NCBI GenBank assembly: GCA_035623825.1
Contig: DASPSR010000062.1
Span: 32,001-96,000 of the forward strand
Direction: 5' to 3'
Origin: Nitrospirota bacterium
Lineage (GTDB): Bacteria; Nitrospirota; UBA9217
Length of the DNA stretch: 64,000 nucleotides
The position numbers and the translations under genes were made by a program. This document shows positions 1-8,907 of this stretch, piece after piece. Below the pieces are notes generated by a model, which did no database searches, was not told the DNA's origin, and saw only the letters and a program-made list of their open reading frames with translations. The stretch's first letter is position 1. Every line of letters begins with the position of its first letter.

Positions 1-123
1 GCGATCCGAAAGAGCCGCATGCCGGAGGAGGAAGATTCCTGCACCATGTGTGGGAGCTTCTGCGCCGCCAAAGGCGCGGGCAAACTTTTTGCCGAGGACT
101 TGAAACAGAGCGTGAAGCTGTAA
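1..123 (+). CDS. thiC: 3' end of ThiC-family radical SAM protein (ThiC or its paralog BzaF), partial
   Basis: Frame 1 reads [30 protein letters not shown]...*, containing the ThiC-family C-terminal CxxCxxxC (CTMCGxFC) motif; TAA at 121-123. Confidence 0.75.
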   Translation, partial: AIRKSRMPEEEDSCTMCGSFCAAKGAGKLFAEDLKQSVKL

Positions 124-142
124 CATCCGGTTCAAAACCATT

Positions 143-203
143 TTTCACGCAAAGGTGCAAAAACCCGGGACGTCACCGTGTTCTTAGCGCCTTTTGCGTG
201 AAA
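143..203. repeat. REP-like inverted repeat / terminator hairpin
   Basis: tttcacgcaaagg (143-155) pairs with ccttttgcgtgaaa (190-203), followed by a T-run. Confidence 0.55.
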
Positions 204-334
204 TGTTTTTTTAGGGAATACGGGTCGCTTCTATCAAAGCAAAATTAAGGGCGCAAAAATAAAAGCAAGATGTGAATAATCAGTAAAAAGTATGCTTGGT
301 TTTTATATTTAAAATCAGATATTTAATTATCGTC

Positions 335-386
335 CACTCGTTTGGAGTGCGAGTGGTCGGCTGTCCAAATCGGCTCGCCACGACCA
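335..386 (+). pseudogene. Degenerate 3' part of a tRNA-Pro-like gene (possible att remnant)
   Basis: Anticodon-like arm ctcgt-ttggagt-gcgag, then ggtc, T-arm ggctg-tccaaat-cggct, and the tRNA-Pro-type end ...CGACCA; no 5' acceptor strand or D-arm. Confidence 0.55.
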
Positions 387-560
387 TTTTTTAATCCATA
401 ACGCATCATGCGTTATGGATTTTTTTATCTCTCTTGCGACTGCTGCATATGGCGGAGAGGGTCTCCCGGCAATCGTCACGTTCTTCCAGCATGATTGACA
501 GCAGTGCCGCAATTATGTTATAAGACCGCACGGTAAGCTTTTGCCTTTTCTCGAGATATC

Positions 561-1337
561 ATGATACTCGTTACCAATGATGACGGGGTATTTTCACCCG
601 GGATCCAGATCCTCGCCAAAAGACTGCGCGAGCTCGACAGCGTCGTTATCGTCGCGCCCGACCGCGAGCGCAGTGCGGTAGGACACTCCATGACCCTCCA
701 CAGGCCGCTTCTGATCGAAGAGATCAAGGAATCGGTCTACAGCGTCAACGGCACCCCTACGGACTGCGTGAACATAGCGGTAAAAGGCCTCCTGAAGGAG
801 ACGCCGCGGCTGGTGGTTTCAGGGATCAACAAGGGGCCGAACCTCGGCGACGATATCACGTATTCCGGCACGGTGGCGGGAGCGATAGAGGCTCGACTGC
901 TCGGTGTGCCTTCCATCGCCGTTTCCCTCGCAGCACGGAACGATTTCCGTTTCGCCGAGGCAGCGGAAGTAGCTGCCCGCGCCGCCACCATGATATTCGA
1001 ACACGGCCTGATCGAGGGGACCCTCCTGAACATCAATGTCCCGAACCTCCCCATCCGGCAGATTCGCGGGACGGCCATCACCCGTCTGGGCAAACGCATC
1101 TACCACCAGATGACCGTTGAGCGAGTAGATCCAAGAGGCAAGCGGTATTACTGGATCGGCGGAGGAGAGCCTGACTGGGAACGGGAGCCGGGCACTGACT
1201 TCGATGCCATCGGCCGTGATATGGTCTCCATCACACCCCTCCACCTCGACCTCACGGATTATTCCTCCTTCGAGAAAATAAAAGCCATGGAAAGGATGGC
1301 GTACGCGGAGACGACCGTACGCAGGAGCGGTGATTGA
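561..1337 (+). CDS. surE: 5'/3'-nucleotidase SurE
   Basis: MILVTNDDG, GTPTDCV, SGINKGPNLG, YSGTVAGA motifs. Confidence 0.97.
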   Translation: MILVTNDDGVFSPGIQILAKRLRELDSVVIVAPDRERSAVGHSMTLHRPLLIEEIKESVYSVNGTPTDCVNIAVKGLLKETPRLVVSGINKGPNLGDDITYSGTVAGAIEARLLGVPSIAVSLAARNDFRFAEAAEVAARAATMIFEHGLIEGTLLNINVPNLPIRQIRGTAITRLGKRIYHQMTVERVDPRGKRYYWIGGGEPDWEREPGTDFDAIGRDMVSITPLHLDLTDYSSFEKIKAMERMAYAETTVRRSGD

Positions 1338-1978
1338 TCAATTACGAGAGCGAACGTAAGCGCATGGTGGACGAGCAGATCGTAGCCCGCGGCGTCAAGG
1401 ACCAGCGGGTGCTCGCGGCCTTGCGCAAGGTCCCGCGTCACGAGTTTCTGCCCGAGGCCATTCGCGACATGGCGTACGGCGACCATGCGCTTCCTCTCGG
1501 CGAAGGGCAGACCATCTCCCAGCCGTATATGGTTGCGGTCATGACCGAGCTCCTCAATCTCAAAGGCACGGAACGGGTCCTTGAGATCGGAACCGGCTCC
1601 GGTTACCAGTCTGCGGTGCTCGCTGAGCTGTGTGAAAAGGTCTATACGGTGGAGCGGATCAAGACGATCGCGGAAAAGGCCAGGACCACGCTGAACCGGC
1701 TCGGATATACAAGGGTGGCGATCAAGATCTATGACGGTACCTATGGGTGGAAGGAGATGGCCCCCTTCGATGCGATTATGGTCACGGCGGGCGCACCCGA
1801 TATACCGATGCCGCTCGTGGAACAGCTCCGCGATGACGGCCGGATGGTGATCCCGGTGGGAGAGAGGTATGGTCAGCTGCTCGTGAAGGCGGTCAAGACC
1901 GCAAAGGGAATGGTCATGGAGAAGAGCATTCCATGCATGTTTGTACCGCTCATCGGCAATCACGGATGGGACGAATAG
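1334..1978 (+). CDS. pcm: Protein-L-isoaspartate O-methyltransferase
   Basis: QTISQPY, VLEIGTGSGYQ, APFDAIMVTA motifs; classic surE-pcm synteny; TTG start overlapping the surE stop. Confidence 0.96.
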   Translation: MINYESERKRMVDEQIVARGVKDQRVLAALRKVPRHEFLPEAIRDMAYGDHALPLGEGQTISQPYMVAVMTELLNLKGTERVLEIGTGSGYQSAVLAELCEKVYTVERIKTIAEKARTTLNRLGYTRVAIKIYDGTYGWKEMAPFDAIMVTAGAPDIPMPLVEQLRDDGRMVIPVGERYGQLLVKAVKTAKGMVMEKSIPCMFVPLIGNHGWDE

Positions 1979-1986
1979 ACCTTGTC

Positions 1987-2583
1987 CTATCCCCCGTCTC
2001 GCTTTACGATCTCTTCGGTCCCCATTAACTGATACAGGAATGAGAGAGCCAGTCCTGTGACAGACCCCAGCAGGGCCCCCGCAAGAACATCAGACGGATA
2101 ATGAACCCCCAGATATATTCTTGAAAAGGATATGAGCGACGCGAGCAGCAGAGGATAGAGGCGCCATATGACCGCGATAAATTCCCTCGTCCGGTAAAAG
2201 AGGGGCAGCGCAACGGCGAAAGAACTCACCGCGTGACCGGATGGCATGGAGTACGAGTCCGGACACAAAACGATGAGCCGGAGTCCTTCGATTGCCTGGC
2301 ATGGCCTTACCCGAGCGAATGTCTGTTTTATCCAGTAGTCGGCCAGCTCGGCAAAGAGTAAAGCGCAACAGGAAATCACAAGGGCCGAGACCGCCGCTGC
2401 CAGGAACGTTTTCCCCTTATCGTTCCGAAGGTTCACTCCCTTCAGGAACATGGCGAGCACAAAGGGGATGACCAGGAGGTACCCGCGCTGGGAGAGAGCA
2501 GGCATCAGGATATCGAAAAAGGAATTCGCGGTACCGTGATTGACGAGGAGCAGGAGGTCAATGTCCAGGGATTGAACATTCAT
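1987..2583 (-). CDS. PAP2-family phosphatase (undecaprenyl-diphosphatase-like)
   Basis: K...RVRP, SMPSGH, SRIYLGVHYPSDV motifs; hydrophobic segments. Confidence 0.92.
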   Translation of the reverse strand: MNVQSLDIDLLLLVNHGTANSFFDILMPALSQRGYLLVIPFVLAMFLKGVNLRNDKGKTFLAAAVSALVISCCALLFAELADYWIKQTFARVRPCQAIEGLRLIVLCPDSYSMPSGHAVSSFAVALPLFYRTREFIAVIWRLYPLLLASLISFSRIYLGVHYPSDVLAGALLGSVTGLALSFLYQLMGTEEIVKRDGG

Positions 2584-2647
2584 AGGCAGTCACGTCTGAA
2601 GACGACCGTGGTGAGCGATCTCTTAAGTTGCGGGCCGGATATTGCCG

Positions 2648-2986
2648 CTACCCGCTTCTCACGCAGCACTTAATGACGTTTGTGTCGCTCACTTCGATGA
2701 GCCCTTTCTCCACGATTGAGGTCACGTCCGGCAGGACATCGTTGACCATCTCTTCCGAGTCGACAACTTCTATCTTGACCGGAAGCGTGGTCGAGAGTTC
2801 GAGTATTTTAGCAGTATGGAATACGCCATCGCTTCCATAGCCTGCAATGCCCCGAAACACGCTGACGCCGGCTATCTTCCTTTTGTAAAAGACGTCCATC
2901 AGGACCTCATAGACCGGCTTGCCGTGGAATTTGTCCGCCTCGTCGATATAGATGGTAAGCTTTTTAGCTGGCCCGCTTTTGACCAT
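2648..2986 (-). CDS. DUF190 (PII-like) protein
   Basis: LTIYIDEADKFHGKPVYE...IAGVSVFRGIAGYG...LPVKIEVVD; family usually next to crcB. Confidence 0.9.
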   Translation of the reverse strand: MVKSGPAKKLTIYIDEADKFHGKPVYEVLMDVFYKRKIAGVSVFRGIAGYGSDGVFHTAKILELSTTLPVKIEVVDSEEMVNDVLPDVTSIVEKGLIEVSDTNVIKCCVRSG

Positions 2987-3180
2987 AATAGCTCCTTAAT
3001 ATGTAACGATAGACTGCAGGTCAGAGAAACAAGGAGGAAGGACCAAATTTCAAGATCCGAAGGCCAATCTCGTTCACGTGATCTCATGCCGACTTGGCTA
3101 ATGCAAGTGGGCCTCGTTTTTGACCTGGACTTGATTCTGGAGCTCGTATCCCTGGCTCTCCGTTACCCTCCGTGTTGGAA

Positions 3181-3552
3181 TCATACGATCTTCGCAATGA
3201 CCTCGCCGAGCTTTAAGGCAATGAAGCCAACAAGCACGCTCAAGAAAACGTTTAACCCTGCGTACAGCCACTCACCGTCGTTCAGGAGGGCGCCGGTCTC
3301 GTACTCAAAGGTGGAAAACGTCGTATAGGCGCCGAGAAAGCCCACGACCAGGAGCAGCCGCCACTGCGGGTTTTCCGTGAACCGCTCAGCCATCAAGGTC
3401 ATGAGCAGACCGATGAGAAAACTGCCGCTGACGTTGATGATAAAAGTGCCGAGGGGAAAGCTCCTGCCCCATCGCTGACCGATCCAGACAGCCAAAACAT
3501 AGCGGCTGATTGCGCCGACAAAGCCGCCGACGCCGATAATCAGATAATTCAT
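3181..3552 (-). CDS. crcB: Fluoride efflux channel CrcB/FluC
   Basis: GGFVGAISRY, FPLGTFIIN, GFLGAYTTFSTF motifs; start MNYLII at 3552. Confidence 0.95.
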   Translation of the reverse strand: MNYLIIGVGGFVGAISRYVLAVWIGQRWGRSFPLGTFIINVSGSFLIGLLMTLMAERFTENPQWRLLLVVGFLGAYTTFSTFEYETGALLNDGEWLYAGLNVFLSVLVGFIALKLGEVIAKIV

Positions 3553-3613
3553 CGTTCCGATAACCTCGCGGATACGTTGCCAGATGCCGACCCACATGAA
3601 CAAGCCGGAGGCG

Positions 3614-3642
3614 ATTATAGCTGCGATGTGCTGATAAGTCAA
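3614..3642 (-). promoter_or_regulatory. sigma70 promoter of the crcB operon
   Basis: Minus strand TTGACT-N17-TATAAT. Confidence 0.75.
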
Positions 3643-3893
3643 TGTCCCGGATCCTTGAGAACACATTTTAGCCATATCCACCGGGGACACTATAGAGAGT
3701 TCCCGTAAGGGCTCAACCAGCGGGTTATATATAGCAAACAAGAGGCTAAAGAGCAAATAGAAAATCAACGCCTTGTATCCGGGACAGGGTTGCTAGAGGG
3801 TGTCCGGGTATGACGCATATCATAGAAATAATCTGTTATAAAGGAGTAAAAAGGTGTATAATTGAACTGGAATCATCAGAAAAGGAGACAATC

Positions 3894-4118
3894 ATGAAAG
3901 AAAAAGTCGAAGAGGCTATCAAAAAGGTACGTCCGGCGCTCCAGAGGGACGGCGGTGATATCGAGCTTGTGAGTGTCGATGAGAGCGGCGTTGTGAAGGT
4001 GCGGCTGAAAGGAGCCTGCGGTTCCTGCCCCATGTCTACGATGACGCTCAAGATGGGTGTTGAGAAGTTTCTGAAGCAGGAAATTCCGGCTGTGAAAGAA
4101 GTGGTTCAGGTAGCTTGA
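3894..4118 (+). CDS. NifU/NfuA C-terminal domain Fe-S carrier
   Basis: [15 protein letters not shown]...GACGSCPMS (CxxC); aaggag RBS. Confidence 0.93.
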   Translation: MKEKVEEAIKKVRPALQRDGGDIELVSVDESGVVKVRLKGACGSCPMSTMTLKMGVEKFLKQEIPAVKEVVQVA

Positions 4119-4187
4119 GCCGGCCAACTTGTATTTGAGAAACAAAAGGCTTTTCCCTGCAATCCGAACGCAATATCTTTCCGGCAA

Positions 4188-4228
4188 ATGGGGGAGAGAA
4201 TTGAAGAAATGACCATTCTCTCCCCCAT
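4188..4228. terminator. Strong hairpin downstream of nifU
   Basis: atgggggagagaat ... attctctcccccat, a perfect 14-bp inverted repeat. Confidence 0.6.
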
Positions 4229-4347
4229 CCTGTACCAAACAGCAAACGAAGAATGCATTGACCATCCCGAGGCGCAGAAAACAGCCCTGACCGTTTCGTT
4301 TTGGAACAGAAAGGGCAATATAGCGCAGCTTGAAAACAAAATATTGC

Positions 4348-4376
4348 TTGACACATCTCTCGCGTTCTGCTATAAA
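4348..4376 (+). promoter_or_regulatory. sigma70 promoter of the rnf operon
   Basis: TTGACA-N17-TATAAA upstream of rnfC. Confidence 0.7.
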
Positions 4377-4444
4377 TTTTGCGGCTTTTTAGACATTCTC
4401 AAGTTGTCATTTCATTGTTGAAACATAACGGCAGGTGAAATAGA

Positions 4445-5779
4445 ATGGAAGCCACGACAATCAAGGCGCATGACACGTTCAGCGGGGGTGTGCATCCCGC
4501 CGGTAACAAGCAGCTTACAGCTCACAAGCCAACCGTCGCCGCAGCAATCCCCAAAAGAGCAGTCATCCCACTCAGCCAGCACATAGGAGCCCCCACCAAA
4601 CCACTCGTTGTCATCGGCCAGGAAGTGAAAAAGGGAGAGAAGGTAGGCGAGACCACCGGTTTTGTGTCCGCTCCTGTTCATGCCTCGATCTCCGGCAAAG
4701 TGGTCGCCATCGGCAGCTTCCCCCATACCCTCGGCGTAGACATGCCGTCGGTCGTGATCGAAAACGACGGGAAGGACGAGTGGATCGCCGGGCTGAAAGA
4801 AAATCCGGATTTCAGCCTTCTCAGCCCCGATGAGCTCAAAAAGCTTGTACAGGAAGCTGGCATCGTTGGCATGGGAGGGGCGACGTTCCCCACGCATGTG
4901 AAGCTCTCTCCTCCCAAGGAGAAGCCTATTGATGTCGTCATTCTGAACGGTGCCGAATGTGAGCCCTACCTGACGTCCGATCACCGGCTTATGCTTGAAA
5001 AGCCGAAGGAGATCGTTGAAGGCCTCAGGATCCTCATGAGGATCCTGAACGTCAGCAAAGGCTACATAGGCATTGAAGCCAACAAACCCGACGCGATCGA
5101 AACCATGACCAAAGCAGTCGCGGGCTCGCCGGAAATCAAGGTATGGCCCGTCAAGGTAAAGTATCCTCAGGGCGCCGAAAAGATGCTCATTAAGGCCATC
5201 ACAAACAGGACGGTTCCGGCGGGCGGTCTGCCCATGGATGTTGGCGTTGTCGTGCAGAACGTGGGCACTGCCGATGCCATCTATGACGCTGTTCGCCACG
5301 GCAAACCGCTCATTGAACGGTATGTTACCGTGACCGGCAGGGGGGTGAAGGACCCCAAGAACTTCCTCGTGCGGATCGGGACCCCGTTCTCTCAGCTCAT
5401 CGAGGAGGCAGGAGGCCTTACCGATACTGCGGCCAAGGTCATCGCCGGGGGGCCCATGATGGGCATGAGCCAGTATACCCTCGACGTTCCTGTGATCAAG
5501 GGAACCTCGGGCATTCTGGTTCTCCCGAAGTCCGAGGTCAGCACAAAATCATACGGCCCCTGCATCCGCTGCGCCCGGTGCATCGACGCATGCCCCATGA
5601 AGCTCCAGCCCTCTTTGATCGGTATTTATATTGAGAAGGGGCATTACGCAGACGCAAAAGATTATAATTTGATGGACTGCTTCGAGTGCGGTTCCTGCAC
5701 CTTCGTCTGTCCGGCGAACCGGCCGATGGTCCAGTGGGTGAAGAAGGCCAAGAAGGAACTGGCAAAGAAGAAGAATTAA
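4445..5779 (+). CDS. rnfC: Rnf complex subunit C
   Basis: GGVHP, QHIGAP, GIVGMGGATFPT, NGAECEPYLTSD, KYPQGAEK, two CxxCxxCxxxCP. Confidence 0.96.
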   Translation: MEATTIKAHDTFSGGVHPAGNKQLTAHKPTVAAAIPKRAVIPLSQHIGAPTKPLVVIGQEVKKGEKVGETTGFVSAPVHASISGKVVAIGSFPHTLGVDMPSVVIENDGKDEWIAGLKENPDFSLLSPDELKKLVQEAGIVGMGGATFPTHVKLSPPKEKPIDVVILNGAECEPYLTSDHRLMLEKPKEIVEGLRILMRILNVSKGYIGIEANKPDAIETMTKAVAGSPEIKVWPVKVKYPQGAEKMLIKAITNRTVPAGGLPMDVGVVVQNVGTADAIYDAVRHGKPLIERYVTVTGRGVKDPKNFLVRIGTPFSQLIEEAGGLTDTAAKVIAGGPMMGMSQYTLDVPVIKGTSGILVLPKSEVSTKSYGPCIRCARCIDACPMKLQPSLIGIYIEKGHYADAKDYNLMDCFECGSCTFVCPANRPMVQWVKKAKKELAKKKN

Positions 5780-5904
5780 GTGACGCAGTCATCGGATTCC
5801 GCCTCAACCCCGAATATCCAGGATTTTCTGATTATCGGCATTCCGAAGTGCAACATCATTCGGGATGAAGATACCAGGGAACTTATCAAATAGGAGTTTA
5901 CGCG

Positions 5905-6942
5905 ATGGATGCAGCAGTGACCCCAAAGGAACCACAGAAAAGCCAGCCCCAGCTGATCGTTTCCATCGGGCCTCACATGCGGGCTGAGGAGGACACGGCC
6001 AAGATCATGTGGACCGTGAGCGGGGCACTCCTTCCCGCGACGCTCATGTCCGTGTATTATTTCGGCTTGCCGGCGATCATGGTCATACTCGTCTGTCTTG
6101 CAACGTCCCTCCTGGCGGAAGCAGGCATGCAACGGTTGCTGAAGAAGCCCATTACCCTTTCAGACGGGAGCGCGTTCCTGACAGGCCTGCTGCTTGCCTT
6201 GAACCTTCCCGCAAATACTCCGCTCTACATCCCGTTCATCGCATCCATCGTGGCCATCATCATCGCGAAGCAACTTTTCGGCGGCCTCGGCTACAATATC
6301 TTCAACCCCGCGCTTGTCGGACGAGCCTTCGTCCTGATCAGCTTTGCCAAGACCATGACCACCTTTATTGCTCCAGCCAAGACCTTCATGGCCATAGACG
6401 CCAAGACCACCGCTACTCCATTGGTCGTTCTCAAAGAAGAAGGGATGTCGAAGCTCCTTGAGATCTACCACACGAAAGCTGCCCTGTACCAGGATCTCTT
6501 CCTCGGAAACCGGGCCGGGTCTCTCGGAGAAACCTCGGTGATCGCGATCCTGCTTGGCGCTGCGTTTCTGCTCATGAAGCGGTATATCACCTGGCACATA
6601 CCCATTCCCTTTATCGCCACGGTCGGCGTTCTTACCTGGATCTTCGGCGGCAAGGAAGGTCTTATGACCGGTGATCCAATCCTGCACATGATGTCCGGAG
6701 GCCTGATCCTCGGAGCGTTCTTCATGGCAACCGACTATGTGACCGGTCCGTCGATCCGAAGCGCCCAGGTGGTTTTCGGCATATGCTGCGGGATCCTCAC
6801 GACGCTCATACGCCTTAAAGGCGGCTACCCCGAGGGCGTGATGTTCGCCATCCTTCTCATGAACTGCTTTGCGCCCCTCCTTGACCGAGGCATGAGGAGC
6901 CCTGTCTTCGGCAAGGTCGAGGCCAAGGGGGTGAAGAAATGA
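5905..6942 (+). CDS. rnfD: Rnf complex subunit D
   Basis: KQLFGGLGYNIFNPAL, FMN-site TTATPL, GSLGETS, FFMATDY. Confidence 0.96.
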   Translation: MDAAVTPKEPQKSQPQLIVSIGPHMRAEEDTAKIMWTVSGALLPATLMSVYYFGLPAIMVILVCLATSLLAEAGMQRLLKKPITLSDGSAFLTGLLLALNLPANTPLYIPFIASIVAIIIAKQLFGGLGYNIFNPALVGRAFVLISFAKTMTTFIAPAKTFMAIDAKTTATPLVVLKEEGMSKLLEIYHTKAALYQDLFLGNRAGSLGETSVIAILLGAAFLLMKRYITWHIPIPFIATVGVLTWIFGGKEGLMTGDPILHMMSGGLILGAFFMATDYVTGPSIRSAQVVFGICCGILTTLIRLKGGYPEGVMFAILLMNCFAPLLDRGMRSPVFGKVEAKGVKK

Positions 6943-7529
6943 AGGACATAATCAAGATAACCATGCCTCTTGTCCTGATTTTCGTCGCCGCCGGTGTTAT
7001 CATGGCAGTGACCTACAAGTATACCTACCCCGTCCGGTTTCAGGCGGAGAAACAGGAGAAGGAAGAGGCCCTGAAGGAGATGGCGCCTGCCGCGACCGAT
7101 CCCATAAAGCCGGCAGGCACGTGGACCGTCAACAACAAACCCTACGAGTACTATCAGGCGACCGCCGGCGGACATCCGGTAGCCTACATCGCGAGCACTG
7201 CAGGCAAGGGGTATTCGAGCTTCATTCAGATGCTCGTGTCTCTGACCCCCGATATGAAGATCAGCGAAGTCAAGGTCCTCGATATGAATGAGACCCCGGG
7301 CCTCGGGGACCAGGTCCTGGAAAAGAGTTTTCTCGACCAGTTTAAGGGCAAAGGTCTTTCACAGATCGTCCTGATCAAGGGTGAGACCAAGGAAAACATC
7401 CAGGCAATATCCGGTGCCACCTATTCGAGCCGCGGCGTTACAAACGGCGTCAAAGACGCCGTTCAGACGCTCGTTGAAAAGTACGGCGCAGGCGTCAGAG
7501 CTGCTGTCGCACAGGGGGTGACGAAGTGA
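6939..7529 (+). CDS. rnfG: Rnf complex subunit G
   Basis: N-terminal TM helix, ETPGLG, FMN-site ISGATYSS. Confidence 0.94.
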   Translation: MKDIIKITMPLVLIFVAAGVIMAVTYKYTYPVRFQAEKQEKEEALKEMAPAATDPIKPAGTWTVNNKPYEYYQATAGGHPVAYIASTAGKGYSSFIQMLVSLTPDMKISEVKVLDMNETPGLGDQVLEKSFLDQFKGKGLSQIVLIKGETKENIQAISGATYSSRGVTNGVKDAVQTLVEKYGAGVRAAVAQGVTK

Positions 7530-8158
7530 GCAATGAATTAAGCTTGGGGAAACTTTTTAAAAACGGCATTTTTGGCGAGAATCCGGTGTTCAGGCTCGCG
7601 CTTTCCCTTTGCCCGGCCGTGGCCGTCACGAGCGGCGTGAAAAACGGGTTTCTCATGGGTGTCGCTGTGCTGTTCGTCATGACCATGACGAACGTGACGG
7701 TTTCCCTCTTGAGGAACTTCATCAATCCCAAAATCCGCATTCCTGCCTACGTGTTTATCACCGCGACCTGGGTCACGGTGATCGATCAGGTGATGTCCGC
7801 TTACCAAAGGGCGGTGTACAAAGAAATGGGCCTCTATATCATGCTCATCGTCGCCTTCGCCATCATCCTGTCGCGCGCTGAGATGTTCGCAAGCAAGAAC
7901 AAGCTCTTGCCGTCGTTCGTCGACGGGGTAGGGATGGGAGTGGGGTTTCTCCTTGCCTTAGTGATGCTCGGTATATTCAGGGAGTTTCTGGGCAAGGGGT
8001 CGCTCTGGAACGTTCACATCCTGCCCGCTAAACCTCTGCTCATCATGATCATGCCGACGGGCGGTTTTTTCGCCATGGGCCTCATGATGGGCTGGCTCAA
8101 CTGGATCGACCGCAAGTTCTTCGGCGGCACGGGGGGTGGCGGAGGGGGGCATCATTAA
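7526..8158 (+). CDS. rnfE: Rnf complex subunit E
   Basis: ENPVF..LSLCPAVAVT, IRIP, RAE, REFLG; position in rnfCDGEAB. Confidence 0.93.
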   Translation: MSNELSLGKLFKNGIFGENPVFRLALSLCPAVAVTSGVKNGFLMGVAVLFVMTMTNVTVSLLRNFINPKIRIPAYVFITATWVTVIDQVMSAYQRAVYKEMGLYIMLIVAFAIILSRAEMFASKNKLLPSFVDGVGMGVGFLLALVMLGIFREFLGKGSLWNVHILPAKPLLIMIMPTGGFFAMGLMMGWLNWIDRKFFGGTGGGGGGHH

Positions 8159-8243
8159 ACGATCAAATCCTGATTTCGAATTTCAAGGTTCCCATTATGC
8201 CCGGCTTCGATAACGGATTTCAGGATTTTTCCCGGAGGATATC

Positions 8244-8828
8244 ATGTGGCAGCACGTCCTGACAATATTCATCGCTTCGGCACTCATTAACAATTTCGTA
8301 TTCTCCCGCTACCTCGGTCTCTGCATCTTCTTCGGCGTAACGAAAAGGATGGAGACGGCGATAGGCATGAGCTTTACGTTCACCGCCGTCATGCTTGTCG
8401 AGGCGGTCCTCAACTGGGCCATCTACAACTATGTCATGACCCCCTATCACCTGGGATTCCTGAAGATCGTGATCTTCATAGGAACGGTCGCCGCTTTCGT
8501 CCAGGCGGCGGACACCATCATGAAGAAGGTCGCTCCGGCACTGTACTATAAGCTCGGCATTTACCTCGCTTTGATTGTTACGAACTGCATAATCCTAGCT
8601 GTCCCTCTCATCAACGCGGATGAAAATTACACTCTGTTCGAAAGCATGGGGCTGGCAGTGGGATCCGGTCTCGGTTTCAGCCTGGCACTCACGATCATGG
8701 CGAGCATTCGGGAAAAACTCGAGCTGGCCGATGTGCCCAAGTCGTTCCGGGGGTTGCCGATATCCTTCGTCCTGACCGGGCTGATCGCCCTGGCATTTCT
8801 GGGGTTCTCGGGGATGATCACGCTGTAG
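8244..8828 (+). CDS. rnfA: Rnf complex subunit A
   Basis: INNFVFSRYLGLC, LGIYLALIVTNC, IREKL..DVP. Confidence 0.94.
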   Translation: MWQHVLTIFIASALINNFVFSRYLGLCIFFGVTKRMETAIGMSFTFTAVMLVEAVLNWAIYNYVMTPYHLGFLKIVIFIGTVAAFVQAADTIMKKVAPALYYKLGIYLALIVTNCIILAVPLINADENYTLFESMGLAVGSGLGFSLALTIMASIREKLELADVPKSFRGLPISFVLTGLIALAFLGFSGMITL

Positions 8829-8907
8829 AAATAAACTCCGCCACAAAGTAACCGGGTCAGGGAGCCGATGCCCGGTATCCTAGTGGCGAAAATGAAGGTA
8901 AAGACAA

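Noticed and set aside
3553-3768. N-terminal extension of crcB in the 195-aa ORF call
   Set aside because: Contains a consensus promoter; CrcB homology starts at MNYLII (3552)
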